From Pseudomonadales bacterium (GTDB taxonomy: Bacteria > Pseudomonadota > Gammaproteobacteria > Pseudomonadales > Halieaceae), in the NCBI GenBank assembly GCA_024234855.1, contig JACKNN010000006.1, forward strand, positions 54,708 through 118,707: a stretch of DNA of 64,000 nucleotides, written 5' to 3'. A program made the translations under genes and the position numbers. The notes under the pieces are model-generated. The model was not told where the DNA came from and ran no database searches. It saw nothing but the letters and a program-made list of their open reading frames with translations. Positions within the stretch are counted from its first letter, which is position 1. Every line of letters starts with the position of its first letter. Positions 19,156 to 29,636 of this stretch are shown one piece after another.

Positions 19156-21749
19156 ACGACCTCCTGCTGGCGGCCTACGAGCGACTGGTGCTGCGCCGAC
19201 CCTGGCTGGTGCTCGGCCTGATGGCTGTGCTGGTTGCGGGATTTGCCACCCAGTTGGAGAAAATAAAGCTCGATGCCTCGGCGGACGCGCTGATGCTCCA
19301 GGGCGACCCTTCGCTGGAGTTTTATCGCCAGATCAGTGCCGAGTACAGTTCCGAAGAGTTCCTGCTGATTACCTGGCAGCCCCGCGCCCCCCTATTGTCC
19401 GCCGAGTCGCTGCAGCCGCTGCGCCGCATGGCGGATGAGCTGCGCCAACTGGAGGGTGTTTCGTCCGTGGTCACCGTCTGGGATGTTCCCCTGCTGGAAA
19501 GCCCGCCGGTCACCCTCGCCGATATCAGCTCGCCGGAGCCGCTGCCCTCGCTGGACCAACCCGGCATCGACCGCGACCTGGTGTTGAAGGAGTTGACCAC
19601 CAGCCCGATCTACGCGGACCTGCTCGCCAGCCGCGATGGCAAGCTCACCGCTGTGCAGATCAATCTCAAGCGGGACGAGTTTTACTACGACCTGCTCGCC
19701 AGTCGGGAATCCCTGCGCATCAAGCGGGACCGGGAGGGCCTGTCGCCCGATGAGCAGAAGGAGCTCGCCGAGGTTGAGGCAGCCTTCAAGGCGCATACGG
19801 CGGTGGCCCTGGATGCCCAGAGCCACATGGTGGCCAACGTGCGTGAGATTGCCGCGCGCTACAGGCCCTATGCCGATATTTTTGTCGGCGGGGTACCGAT
19901 GATCGCGGCGGATATGGTGAGCTTTATTGGTCGGGACCTGGTGGTATTCGGCGCGGCCATCCTCGGTATCATGCTGCTGGTTCTGGCCCTGATCTTCCGC
20001 CGGGCGCGCTGGGTGGTTATTCCGCTGGTAACCTGCACCGCTACCGTGGTGATGATGCTGGGCCTGCTGGGTGCGCTGGACTGGCGCATGACCGTGATAT
20101 CGTCCAACTTTGTCGCGGTACTGCTGATCATCACGCTGGCCATCGCCATTCACCTGATCGTCCGCTACCGTGAGATACATGCGCTGGAACCGGACGGGGA
20201 TATCCACGAGCGGGTATTGCGCACGGTGCAGCTGATGGCGATTCCGTGTGTGTACACCGGCATCACCACCATTGTGGCCTTTGTCTCCCTGGTGGTGTCG
20301 GGCATCCAGCCGGTGATTGATTTCGGCTGGATGATGACCACTGGCATCACCCTGGCACTGGTGCTGAATTTCATCCTGGTGCCCGCCATGATCCTGGTCT
20401 GGCCCGAGGGCAAGCCCCATCGGCATTCCGGTACGGACTCGCCGCTCACTGCAAAGTTCGCCCGGGTTGTTGACGGCCACGGCCGCGCCATTCTGGTGGT
20501 GAGCACCACGCTGACCGTGCTCACCCTGGTCGGCATCAGTCGCCTGCAGGTGGAGAACCGCTTTATCGATTACTTCGATAAGTCGACGGAGATCTACCAG
20601 GGCATGGAATTGCTCGACTCCCAGCTGGGCGGCACCATTCCGCTTGATATTATTCTGGCGCCACTCGATATGGACGCGCCGCTGCCTGGCCTGGAACCCG
20701 CCGCGGCGGGTGAGGCCGCGCCGGTTGCGGCGGACGACCCCTTTGCCGAGGACGGCGACGACTTCGGTGCGTCCACGGCGTCGGCGACAGGTGATGAGTG
20801 GGATGACGAGTTCAGCAGCGACGGCGACGATTTTGCCAGCGACTCGGAGTCTTTCCAGCCCAGCTACTGGTTCAGCCTGGGCGGCATGCGGGAACTGGAT
20901 GCGGTACACAATTACGTGGACGCGTTACCGGAAACCGGCAAGGTGCTGTCCCTGTCGACGGTGTTCGCCGTGGTCAAGAACCTGCTGGGCGATGATATCG
21001 GCAGTGTGGAGCTGGCCATTGTGCAGAAAAGCCTGCCGCCGGATGTCAGCGCCATGATGGTTGAGCCTTATTTTTCCCGCGAGCGCGAGCAGGCGCGGGT
21101 GACCGTGCGGGTCAAGGAAACCAGTAAGGATTTGCGCCGGGACAAGTTCCTGCACGACCTGCGTGAGGACCTGGTTGAAAAGCTGGGTATCGCGCCGGAA
21201 CGCATCCAGTTCACCGGTATGCTGGTGCTGTATAACAATGTATTGCAGAGCCTGTTCCGGTCCCAGATCCTGACCATAGGCGTGGTGTTTTTGGCGATCC
21301 TGCTGATGTTCCTCGCGCTGTTCCGCTCGCTGTCGCTCTCCCTGATCGCCCTGGCGCCGAACGTGCTGGCGGCGGGCATGGTGCTGGGCACCATGGGCCT
21401 GCTGGGCATACCGCTGGATATCATGACCATCACCATCGCCGCGATTGTGGTCGGCATTGGCGTGGACGACTGTATCCATTACGTGCATCGCTTTATCGCC
21501 GAGTTCGAGGTCGACCGGAACTACCGGGCAACGATGTTCCGCTGCCACGACAGTATCGGTCGGGCCATGTATTACACCACGGTGACGGTGGTGGTGGGAT
21601 TCTCGATGCTTGCCCTGTCGAGTTTCACCCCCAGCATCTACTTTGGCCTGCTCACCGTGATGGCCATGGTTGCGGCGGTGCTGGGCGCCCTGTTGCTGCT
21701 CCCGCTGCTGATCGTCCTGGTCAAACCGCTGGGTCCGGAGGGCGGCTGA
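19152..21749 (+). CDS. RND-superfamily (MMPL/HpnN-like) exporter
   Basis: 865 aa with two blocks of about 6 TM helices, each preceded by a soluble loop (COG1033-type architecture). There is a strongly acidic insert at about 20665-20860. The start overlaps the mpl stop (ATGA). Confidence 0.8.
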   Translation: MNDLLLAAYERLVLRRPWLVLGLMAVLVAGFATQLEKIKLDASADALMLQGDPSLEFYRQISAEYSSEEFLLITWQPRAPLLSAESLQPLRRMADELRQLEGVSSVVTVWDVPLLESPPVTLADISSPEPLPSLDQPGIDRDLVLKELTTSPIYADLLASRDGKLTAVQINLKRDEFYYDLLASRESLRIKRDREGLSPDEQKELAEVEAAFKAHTAVALDAQSHMVANVREIAARYRPYADIFVGGVPMIAADMVSFIGRDLVVFGAAILGIMLLVLALIFRRARWVVIPLVTCTATVVMMLGLLGALDWRMTVISSNFVAVLLIITLAIAIHLIVRYREIHALEPDGDIHERVLRTVQLMAIPCVYTGITTIVAFVSLVVSGIQPVIDFGWMMTTGITLALVLNFILVPAMILVWPEGKPHRHSGTDSPLTAKFARVVDGHGRAILVVSTTLTVLTLVGISRLQVENRFIDYFDKSTEIYQGMELLDSQLGGTIPLDIILAPLDMDAPLPGLEPAAAGEAAPVAADDPFAEDGDDFGASTASATGDEWDDEFSSDGDDFASDSESFQPSYWFSLGGMRELDAVHNYVDALPETGKVLSLSTVFAVVKNLLGDDIGSVELAIVQKSLPPDVSAMMVEPYFSREREQARVTVRVKETSKDLRRDKFLHDLREDLVEKLGIAPERIQFTGMLVLYNNVLQSLFRSQILTIGVVFLAILLMFLALFRSLSLSLIALAPNVLAAGMVLGTMGLLGIPLDIMTITIAAIVVGIGVDDCIHYVHRFIAEFEVDRNYRATMFRCHDSIGRAMYYTTVTVVVGFSMLALSSFTPSIYFGLLTVMAMVAAVLGALLLLPLLIVLVKPLGPEGG

Positions 21750-22030
21750 TGCCGTGCCGCGAAGCGTGCGGGGCCTGTTGCATTGCACCCTCCATCAGCC
21801 GGCCATATCACGGCATGCCCAACGGCAAGGCGGCGGGTGAGCGCTGCGTGCACCTGGACGAACACCTGCGCTGCGGCTTGTTTGGCGACCCGCGCAGGCC
21901 GCGATATTGCGCCAGCTTCCTGGCGGAGCCCGCCGTCTGCGGGGACAGCCGGGAGCAGGCGTTGCATACTCTCGCGGAACTGGAAGTGATCACCCTGCCA
22001 CCGGCAAATCTGCACGGGAGGGTAGTGTGA
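21749..22030 (+). CDS. YkgJ-family cysteine-cluster (CxxCxxCC) protein
   Basis: 93 aa. CREACGACC at the N-terminus plus downstream Cys residues fit the YkgJ/UPF0153 zinc/iron-chelating pattern. The start overlaps the RND stop (TGATG). Confidence 0.65.
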   Translation: MPCREACGACCIAPSISRPYHGMPNGKAAGERCVHLDEHLRCGLFGDPRRPRYCASFLAEPAVCGDSREQALHTLAELEVITLPPANLHGRVV

Positions 22031-22623
22031 GCGAGCTGTCGCTGTTTCCCCTGTCCGGTGTACTGATGCCCTTCGGGCGCATGCCGCTGCAGATCTTCGA
22101 GCAGCGCTACCTGGACCTGGTGCGAGATACCATGAAGTCCGACAGCGCCTTCGGCGTCGTCTGGATCCGGCGCGGCGCCGAGGTCGCACAGCGGGGCGAG
22201 GCGTCACCACAACTGGGTGACTACGGTACCACCGCGCGCATAGTCGACTGGGACCAGCTGCCAAATGGCCTGCTGGGCGTTACTATCCAGGGCGGCCAGC
22301 GCTTCGACCTGAAATCCACCGGGGTGCGGGCCAATGGCCTGGTGGTGGGGCAGGTAGAGTTGCGGCCGGCGCTGCAGCCGGCCACGGTGGTGCCGCAGTG
22401 GCAAAGCCTGCTCGATATCCTGCACAGCCTGGAGACCCATCCCCATGTCCAGCGCATGGCACTGCAGCTCGATTACGGCGACGCATGGCAGGTGGCCTGC
22501 ACGCTGATCCAGCTGCTGCCGCTGGAGGAGGCGCTGAAGTACCGGTTGCTGGGTATCGATAGCATCGAGGCGCTGATGGCCGAGCTCGATGTCATCCTCA
22601 ACCAGATCAGCGGCGAGGATTAA
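22027..22623 (+). CDS. LON peptidase N-terminal (substrate-binding) domain protein
   Basis: LSLFPLSGVLMPFGRMPLQIFEQRYLDLV is the LON_N domain signature. The protein has no AAA+ or protease part. The GTG start overlaps the previous stop (GTGA). Confidence 0.75.
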   Translation: MSELSLFPLSGVLMPFGRMPLQIFEQRYLDLVRDTMKSDSAFGVVWIRRGAEVAQRGEASPQLGDYGTTARIVDWDQLPNGLLGVTIQGGQRFDLKSTGVRANGLVVGQVELRPALQPATVVPQWQSLLDILHSLETHPHVQRMALQLDYGDAWQVACTLIQLLPLEEALKYRLLGIDSIEALMAELDVILNQISGED

Positions 22624-22657
22624 GCGTCTGCGCCAGGAGCCGGGGCAAAGCGGGATA

Positions 22658-23293
22658 TCAGCCGAAACCCGGCACCCAGCCGCCGCATTCCTTCCAGCGA
22701 TTGACGATCTCGCAGAACAACTCCGCGGTGCGCTCGGCATCGTAGGCCGCAGAGTGTGCCTCGCTGTTGTCAAACGCAATGCCGGCTTCGGCGCAGGCCT
22801 TGGCCAGCACTGTCTGGCCATAGGCCAGGCCCGACAGGGTGGCGGTATCGAAGAAGGAGAACGGGTGGAAGGGATTGCGCTTGATACCGCAGCGTTCCAC
22901 CGCCGCATTGATGAAGCCGGCGTCGAAATGGGCGTTGTGCCCCACCAGTATGGCCCGGGTGCAGTTCTGGTCGCGGATCTCCTTGCGCAGCACGCGAAAC
23001 AGTTCATCCAGCGCCTCGGCTTCCGGCACCGCCTGGCGGAACGGGTGGTAGGGATCTATCCCGGTGAAATCCAGCGCCGACTGCTCGATATTGGCGCCCT
23101 CGAAGGGCTGCACGTGGAAGTCGTGGGTGCGGTGCACTGCCAGCAAGCCGTTCTCATCCATGCGAACCGTGGTGGCGGCGATCTCCAGGATGGCATCGGT
23201 GCGGGCGATAAAGCCACCGGTTTCGACATCCACGACCACCGGCAGGAAGCCGCGGAAACGGTCACTGATACGGTGCTCTTCAGTCTCTTTCAA
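22658..23293 (-). CDS. rnt: Ribonuclease T
   Basis: 211 aa. [17 protein letters not shown] (Exo I), [13 protein letters not shown] (Exo II) and [16 protein letters not shown] (Exo III) are DEDDh motifs typical of RNase T. Confidence 0.92.
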   Translation of the reverse strand: MKETEEHRISDRFRGFLPVVVDVETGGFIARTDAILEIAATTVRMDENGLLAVHRTHDFHVQPFEGANIEQSALDFTGIDPYHPFRQAVPEAEALDELFRVLRKEIRDQNCTRAILVGHNAHFDAGFINAAVERCGIKRNPFHPFSFFDTATLSGLAYGQTVLAKACAEAGIAFDNSEAHSAAYDAERTAELFCEIVNRWKECGGWVPGFG

Positions 23294-23297
23294 CGGC

Positions 23298-24344
23298 TTA
23301 TTCGTCCCGGTCCAGCACGCGCCACGACATATTTTCCCCGGCGCGCATGGGTGTCAGGACATCGCGTCCCAGCGGCAGTTGCCCGGGCACCTGCCACTGC
23401 TCCAGGCGCAGGGTGATGGTGTCGTCATTGCGCGGCAGGCGGTAAAAGTCCGGGCCGAAGTGGGAGGCAAACCCTTCCAGGGCGTGGAGCGCACCCAACT
23501 GTTCGAATACCTCCGCATAAAGCTCAATTGCCGCATGGGCCGTGTAGACACCGGCGCAACCGCAGCGCGTCTCTTTGTTGGCTGTGCTGTGGGGCGCGGA
23601 GTCGGTGCCCAGGAAAAAGCGCGGGTTGCCGGACGTGGCCGCTTCCTGCAGTTCCAACTGGTGGATGTTGCGCTTGAGGATAGGCAGGCAGAAATAGTGG
23701 GGGCGAATCCCCCCCACCAGCATATCGTTGCGGTTGAACAGCAGGTGGTGCGCGGTGATGGTTGCCGCGACCCCGGGGCGGGCTTCGCGCACAAAAGCGA
23801 CGGCGTCGCGGGTGGTGATGTGCTCGAACACGATGCGCAGGCCGGAAAAACGCTCGACCACAGGCGCCAGGTGGCGATCAATAAATACTTTTTCACGATC
23901 AAAAATATCGACGTCGTGATCGGTCACCTCGCCATGCACCAGCAGGGGCAGGTCGGCTTCCTCCATGGCCGCCAGCGTGCCGTACAGGCCCTCCAGGTGG
24001 GCAACCCCGGCCGCTGAGTTGGTGGTGGCTCCCGCGGGGTAAAGTTTCACGGCGTGGACGAAACTCGAAGCAGCCGCCAGCTGGATCTCCGCCGCATCCG
24101 TGCGGTCGGTGAGGTAGAGCGTCATCAGCGGCTCGAAGCGGCGCTCCAGAGGCGCCATCGCCGCCAGAATCCGCTCCCGATACAGGGCGGCTTCCGCGAC
24201 GGTGGTCGCCGGCGGGCTGAGGTTGGGCATCACGATAACCCGGCCGAAATAGCGGGCCAGGTCGGCGCAGGTATGTTCCAGCGCGGCGCCGTCACGCAGG
24301 TGCGCATGCCAGTCGTCGGGGCGGGTAATGGTCAGTTCAGTCAC
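23298..24344 (-). CDS. pyrC: Dihydroorotase (homodimeric type)
   Basis: [27 protein letters not shown] and FLGTDSAPH are E. coli-type PyrC motifs. The GTG start at 24344 gives 348 aa. Confidence 0.92.
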   Translation of the reverse strand: MTELTITRPDDWHAHLRDGAALEHTCADLARYFGRVIVMPNLSPPATTVAEAALYRERILAAMAPLERRFEPLMTLYLTDRTDAAEIQLAAASSFVHAVKLYPAGATTNSAAGVAHLEGLYGTLAAMEEADLPLLVHGEVTDHDVDIFDREKVFIDRHLAPVVERFSGLRIVFEHITTRDAVAFVREARPGVAATITAHHLLFNRNDMLVGGIRPHYFCLPILKRNIHQLELQEAATSGNPRFFLGTDSAPHSTANKETRCGCAGVYTAHAAIELYAEVFEQLGALHALEGFASHFGPDFYRLPRNDDTITLRLEQWQVPGQLPLGRDVLTPMRAGENMSWRVLDRDE

Positions 24345-24528
24345 TTGGGGTAGCAGGGTCTGTTGCACGCTGGGCGGAAGCTGCATGCTACCGTAAAGCC
24401 GCCGCAGCGGGAACCGGAACGGTCATGGCTCCCGGCGCGCCGGCTGGCGCGGGGGCAGATCGACTGGGAATTGGTGGCGGCCGGGGGTAGAATGGCCGGC
24501 TTTTCAGCACAGCCCAACGGAGCAAGAC

Positions 24529-25749
24529 ATGTCAGATATCAAGAAAGTGGTCCTGGCCTATTCCGGCGGCCTCGATACCTCGGTCATCGTGCGCTGGTTG
24601 CAGGATAACTACCAGTGCGAGGTTGTCACCTTTACCGCCGATATCGGCCAGGGCGAGGAGGTTGAGCCCGCTCGCGCCAAAGCGCAGGCCATGGGTGTCA
24701 AGGAAATCTATATCGACGACCTGCGCGAGGAATTTGTCCGGGACTTTGTGTTTCCCATGTTCCGCGCCAATACGATATACGAGGGCGAGTACCTGCTGGG
24801 GACTTCCATCGCCCGCCCCCTGATCGCCAAGCGCCTGATCGAGATCGCCAACGAGACCAGCGCCGACGCCATCTCCCACGGCGCCACCGGCAAGGGTAAT
24901 GACCAGGTGCGGTTCGAACTCGGCGCCTACGCATTGAAGCCCGGCATCAAGGTGATCGCCCCCTGGCGGGAGTGGGATTTGACCTCCAGGGAAACCCTGA
25001 TGGCCTACTGCAAGACCCACGATATCCCCGTGGATTACTCCAGCGCGAAGAAGAAATCACCCTATTCGATGGATGCCAACCTGCTGCATATTTCCTACGA
25101 GGGCGGCGTGCTGGAAAGCCCCTGGGCGGAAGCGGAAGAGGATATGTGGCGCTGGAGCGTCAGCCCCGAGGCCGCACCCGATGCGCCCACCTATATCGAA
25201 CTGGACTTCGAGCGCGGCGATATTGTCGCCATCGATGGTGCGGCCATGAGCCCCGCCACTGTGCTGGAGACCCTGAACAAGGTCGGCGGCGCCAACGGCA
25301 TAGGCCGGGACGACATCGTGGAAAACCGCTACGTGGGCATGAAATCCCGCGGCTGCTATGAAACCCCCGGCGGCACCATCATGCTGAAGGCCCACCGCGC
25401 CATCGAATCCCTGACCCTGGACCGTGAAGTCGCCCACCTCAAGGATGACCTGATGCCACGCTACGCGAATATGATTTACAACGGCTACTGGTGGTCGCCC
25501 GAGCGACGGATGTTGCAGACTGCCATCGACGAATCCCAGCAGGTGGTGAACGGCAAGGTTCGGCTCAAGCTCTACAAGGGCAACGTCATTGTCGCCGGTC
25601 GCCAGTCTGCCGACAGCCTGTTCGATGAGAGCATCGCGACCTTCGAGGAGGATGCCGGCGCCTACAACCAGAAGGACGCCGAGGGCTTTATCAAGCTCAA
25701 CGCACTGCGGATGCGGATCGCGGCGAATAAGGGGCGTTCGCCATTATAG
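24529..25749 (+). CDS. argG: Argininosuccinate synthase
   Basis: 406 aa. [10 protein letters not shown]-loop-like motif, [15 protein letters not shown] and RYVGMKSRG. Confidence 0.95.
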   Translation: MSDIKKVVLAYSGGLDTSVIVRWLQDNYQCEVVTFTADIGQGEEVEPARAKAQAMGVKEIYIDDLREEFVRDFVFPMFRANTIYEGEYLLGTSIARPLIAKRLIEIANETSADAISHGATGKGNDQVRFELGAYALKPGIKVIAPWREWDLTSRETLMAYCKTHDIPVDYSSAKKKSPYSMDANLLHISYEGGVLESPWAEAEEDMWRWSVSPEAAPDAPTYIELDFERGDIVAIDGAAMSPATVLETLNKVGGANGIGRDDIVENRYVGMKSRGCYETPGGTIMLKAHRAIESLTLDREVAHLKDDLMPRYANMIYNGYWWSPERRMLQTAIDESQQVVNGKVRLKLYKGNVIVAGRQSADSLFDESIATFEEDAGAYNQKDAEGFIKLNALRMRIAANKGRSPL

Positions 25750-25827
25750 GTTTTTTTCGAGCCTATGGACGTAGCCAGTCTTATTCGGTTTGACGCCGGA
25801 TTGCTTGCGCTGACTCGCCCGATCAGG

Positions 25828-26571
25828 TTATCGCCGGCCGGTCAGGGGTACAAATCGCACTGGCAAAACCGACCGTCGGCGAATCTCCCCCTGCTCATCC
25901 AGCTCTACCAGCAATAATTCCTGGTAGCCGTGCTCCTCGCCTACCGGGATGACCAGTCTGCCCCCGGGCCTGAGCTGTGCCAGTAGTGGCGGTGGAATTT
26001 CCGCCGCGGCCGCGGTGACGATAATGCCATCGAACGGGGCGTGCTCCGGCCAGCCGGCGTAGCCGTCGCCGGCGCGCACAGTCACGTTGTCATAACCCAG
26101 TCGCGCCAGCACGGCGGTGGCGCTGGCGGCCAGTTCCTCGATGATTTCCACGCTGTACACATGACTGACCAGCCCGGCGAGTACGGCGGCCTGGTAGCCA
26201 GAGCCGGTCCCCACTTCAAGTATCACATCGTCGGGTTGCGGGTCGAGCAGGTCGGTCATCAGGGCTACGATGAGGGGTTGGGAAATAGTCTGGCCCGCCT
26301 CGATCGGCAGCGGTGTGTTCTCGTAGGCACGGTGACGGAAGGCCGGGAGCACGAACGCCTCCCGCGGGACCCTGCCCATCGCCGCCATGACTCGCCCGGA
26401 CAGCTCCGTGCGGCCGGTGTAGCTCGCCGAACTGCGCACGGATTCACGGATAGAGTCCAGCATACCCGCCCGTTCCGGTGGCATGTCCATCGCCTGGGAA
26501 TTGATCGCCATCAACAACACCACCGTACTCGTCCGCAGAAAGCCGGACAGCCCTGTGAATGCATCTGCCAT
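25828..26571 (-). CDS. pcm: Protein-L-isoaspartate O-methyltransferase with hydrophobic N-terminal extension
   Basis: TISQPLIVALM and ILEVGTGSGYQAAVLA (SAM motif I) are PIMT motifs. The N-terminus (LRTSTVVLLMAINSQA) looks like a signal or anchor. The start is uncertain. Confidence 0.8.
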   Translation of the reverse strand: MADAFTGLSGFLRTSTVVLLMAINSQAMDMPPERAGMLDSIRESVRSSASYTGRTELSGRVMAAMGRVPREAFVLPAFRHRAYENTPLPIEAGQTISQPLIVALMTDLLDPQPDDVILEVGTGSGYQAAVLAGLVSHVYSVEIIEELAASATAVLARLGYDNVTVRAGDGYAGWPEHAPFDGIIVTAAAAEIPPPLLAQLRPGGRLVIPVGEEHGYQELLLVELDEQGEIRRRSVLPVRFVPLTGRR

Positions 26572-26624
26572 AGCTTCAGTTTAGACTCTGTGCCAGAGAT
26601 GACAAAGAGTCGGGCGGTGAGCAG

Positions 26625-27611
26625 ATGCGCAGGTTTTTGAAGGCACTGGCAATACTGGTGGCGGTAGTGATGCTCGCTGCCATCGCAGCCTGGTGGTGGT
26701 ACTTACGCGCCGACCCGATGGTACCGCCCGCACTGCCCGGCGCGGCGGAAGCCGGCTCTGTGGTGTACGGCGGCCACGCCCGCAGCTGGCTGGCCTATGT
26801 GCCTGCCGCGAAACCCCCGGCGCCCGCACTGGTGCTGGTGATGCATGGCTCGCGCGGCACTGGTGAGCAAATGCGCGCCCTGACGCGCTATCGCTTCGAT
26901 GAACTGGCCGAGCGCCATGGCTTTATTGCAGTTTACCCGGAGGGTTACCAGCAGCACTGGAATGACTGCCGCGGCGGCGCCAACTACGCGGCCAACCTGG
27001 AGAATATTGACGACGTCGGCTTTCTGCGGGCACTGGTGCAACGCATGGTTGACGAACAGGGGGTCGACCCGTCGCGGGTCTATGCCACGGGCCTGTCCAA
27101 CGGCGGCCAGATGGCCTATCGCCTGGGCCTGGAGGCACCGGGACTGGTGGCGGGCATTGCCGCGGTGGCGGCGAGCCTGCCGGTGGCGGGCAATCTCGAT
27201 TGTGAACCGAGCGGGGAGGCGGTGGCAGCCATGGTGATGAATGGCACTGCGGACCCGGTCAATCCCTACGACGGCGGTGTGGTGGAGATTTTCGGTGATG
27301 CCAGCCGCGGACCGGTGTTGTCCTCCGTCGCCACGGCAACTTACTGGGCCGGGCTGGCCGGTTACAGCAGCGAGGGCGTGCACACTATCTGGCCCCGGCA
27401 GGATTCGGCTGACGGTACGTCTGTTGAGAGTCTCGACTGGTCGGCTGCAGGTCGTGCCCCCGTCCGGCTGGTGACCATTGTCGGGGGTGGCCACACGGTG
27501 CCGCATCCGCTGTATGACCTGCCGCGAATCCTCGGGCCCACCAGCCATCAACTGGATGGGCCCGAGGCTATCTGGGAATTTTTCAGCAGTACGGAGCCCG
27601 GCCCGCGCTGA
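26625..27611 (+). CDS. PHB-depolymerase-family (LpqC/COG3509-like) alpha/beta esterase, membrane-anchored or secreted
   Basis: N-terminal TM/signal segment, LVLVMHGS..., HGFIAVYPEG, and the nucleophile elbow GLSNGG. Confidence 0.7.
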   Translation: MRRFLKALAILVAVVMLAAIAAWWWYLRADPMVPPALPGAAEAGSVVYGGHARSWLAYVPAAKPPAPALVLVMHGSRGTGEQMRALTRYRFDELAERHGFIAVYPEGYQQHWNDCRGGANYAANLENIDDVGFLRALVQRMVDEQGVDPSRVYATGLSNGGQMAYRLGLEAPGLVAGIAAVAASLPVAGNLDCEPSGEAVAAMVMNGTADPVNPYDGGVVEIFGDASRGPVLSSVATATYWAGLAGYSSEGVHTIWPRQDSADGTSVESLDWSAAGRAPVRLVTIVGGGHTVPHPLYDLPRILGPTSHQLDGPEAIWEFFSSTEPGPR

Positions 27612-27620
27612 GCTTCGCTG

Positions 27621-29531
27621 TTACTTCGGTGTGTACCAGATCGGCGAGGTGTAGGCCCGGTCCTGGGTGGCAACAGGTGCGCCATCCGGAATGGGTACGC
27701 CAAAGCGGAAGGCGTCGTAGGTAGACCAGCGCGGAGTGGGTATCTCCAGCACCCGGGCGTAGTAAAACGCTCGCTGCTGCGGGTCGAAATCCGGGTCCGA
27801 CCACACGGTACCCAGCTCCGAGGCGCCGATGGTATTGGTCCAGGAGGCGGTCTTTGCATCCACGGTGTTGCCTACCGGCGGTACCTTGCCATCCTTGCCG
27901 GGCTTGCGGTCACCGGACCAGGCGACATCGTAAACCTTCTCATGCTGCTGCTTGCCGTCGTACCAGCCCTTGATGATCTGGATGCGGTCCAGGTTGCCGC
28001 CGATGGGGTCGCGCAGCGCATACACCATGAAGCTGGGGGCCTTTTTACCCGTCGCGTTGGCGGGCAGGTCACCGCCCATGGGCACGCCACGCTCGTAGCC
28101 GACAAATGCGGGCTCGCGGTTATCGAGGTCTTTGGCGGTGAAGTCCCAGCCGCCGAAGAAGCGAACTGCGAGGCGGGTACCGGTGGTTGCATACACTTCC
28201 TTGCGTTCCATGGCGTCGAACAGCGCTTCGCGGGTATTTTCCTTCGCCCACACCGCCGCCAGGCCGGAGGCCACCATCTGCCAACCCATGATCGCGCCTT
28301 TCTCGGTGGCCATGAAGGGATGCATCATCCGCGTCGGTGAGGGTTCCGCGCCGGCGTGCTTGCCCCAGAAATTGTTTTCCGCGGTGGTGGCCAGCGAGGT
28401 GTGGCTGTCGGTGGACCCTATCATGCCAAACTTGTAGGGATTGGTGCCCAGTTTCGCCTCCAGTTCCAGGCCGCGCTTGAGGGCCTCCCGGGCGTATTCC
28501 CCGGACAGCATGGCATCGGTCTTGGCCTCGGATACGTCGAGGTTGCCGATATCCCAGTTTTCGTAGTCGGCAAACTCGTCATTGGGTGACAGGAAAGGGT
28601 GGGTCTCGCCGTCGCCCTTGATCTGGGTGGCCTCGTACAGGGGCTCCCACCGGGCGCGCTGGGTGACGTACTCCACATCCAGTTTTTTGCCGTCGTACTG
28701 CTCGGTGATCGGGAACATGATGCCGTTGGACAGGTTGCCGTTGTGGGCGATGGCCAGCACTTTGCCACCGGTTTTCCGCTCGTAGCCAGCCAGCCATTTC
28801 CACAGGTCCCGGGGATTGGTGCTGCCCTGGGGCGCCGCTGTGGTATAGGGCACCATCTGACCGCCCTTGTCGCCGCCATCGCGGTACACCACTACCCGGT
28901 GCATATTGTTGCCGTGGATCAGCGAGGTCCACTCGTAGCCGATGAACGCGGTGAAGACGCCCGGCTGGTTGTAGCGCTCGGCCGCCGCCACGGTTTGGTC
29001 CCAGGCCGCCTTGTAAGGCGCTGAATCCGGTTTGTAGACCAGGGCCGGGGGAAACTTGTCCTGGGCGAACAGGCCGATCAATTCGATGGCCACGCCCACC
29101 CCCTTGCCGGCCTTGATGCGGTCGTACCAGTCCTTGCCCGTGGGGTCGGCCAGGATGAAGGGCGCCCCGGCGATCAGGTCCGGGAAGAAGCCCATGTTAT
29201 CGGAGTGGTCGGCCACCACCAGAAAGTCCAGCGGGCGCGACAGCCTTACCGGCCCGGCGTTGGTGGATTCCACCTGCTCGCCCCGGGCGAACTTGTAGGC
29301 GGGGTCCAGGCCCAGGCGGTTGCCGAAAGCGCCCGCGTCCATGGAGATGTCGGTGTGCAGGTGGGTGTCGCCAAAATACACGTTGCTGGGGAAATCCCGC
29401 TCCGCGTAGGGCGAGTAGACCTTGCCGGTATAAGCGCTGGAGAGGATCTTGCCATCGGGCGGGACCGGTATCTGGGCATTTGCGCCTATGCTGGCGGCCA
29501 TCGCCAGGGCGGCCATGGTGATTTTCTTCAT
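27621..29531 (-). CDS. Secreted DUF3604-family (PHP-like metal-dependent) protein
   Basis: Signal peptide [34 protein letters not shown] and VVADHSDN histidine clusters. The 636-aa size is typical of DUF3604. Confidence 0.75.
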   Translation of the reverse strand: MKKITMAALAMAASIGANAQIPVPPDGKILSSAYTGKVYSPYAERDFPSNVYFGDTHLHTDISMDAGAFGNRLGLDPAYKFARGEQVESTNAGPVRLSRPLDFLVVADHSDNMGFFPDLIAGAPFILADPTGKDWYDRIKAGKGVGVAIELIGLFAQDKFPPALVYKPDSAPYKAAWDQTVAAAERYNQPGVFTAFIGYEWTSLIHGNNMHRVVVYRDGGDKGGQMVPYTTAAPQGSTNPRDLWKWLAGYERKTGGKVLAIAHNGNLSNGIMFPITEQYDGKKLDVEYVTQRARWEPLYEATQIKGDGETHPFLSPNDEFADYENWDIGNLDVSEAKTDAMLSGEYAREALKRGLELEAKLGTNPYKFGMIGSTDSHTSLATTAENNFWGKHAGAEPSPTRMMHPFMATEKGAIMGWQMVASGLAAVWAKENTREALFDAMERKEVYATTGTRLAVRFFGGWDFTAKDLDNREPAFVGYERGVPMGGDLPANATGKKAPSFMVYALRDPIGGNLDRIQIIKGWYDGKQQHEKVYDVAWSGDRKPGKDGKVPPVGNTVDAKTASWTNTIGASELGTVWSDPDFDPQQRAFYYARVLEIPTPRWSTYDAFRFGVPIPDGAPVATQDRAYTSPIWYTPK

Positions 29532-29636
29532 GCGCTTTTTCTCCTTTTAATTACGCGTGCTGGGCAGTCTAGACTAAATTATCCGGCTGTGACAGGAAGT
29601 GGTAGGGCGACTCCCGTCGCTGCCCGCCCGCGGGGT

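Noticed and set aside
19392-21788. 505-aa and 287-aa minus-strand ORFs
   Set aside because: They are antisense to the RND exporter gene. They are Arg/His/Gly/Gln-rich and lack TM helices or motifs, so they are shadow ORFs.
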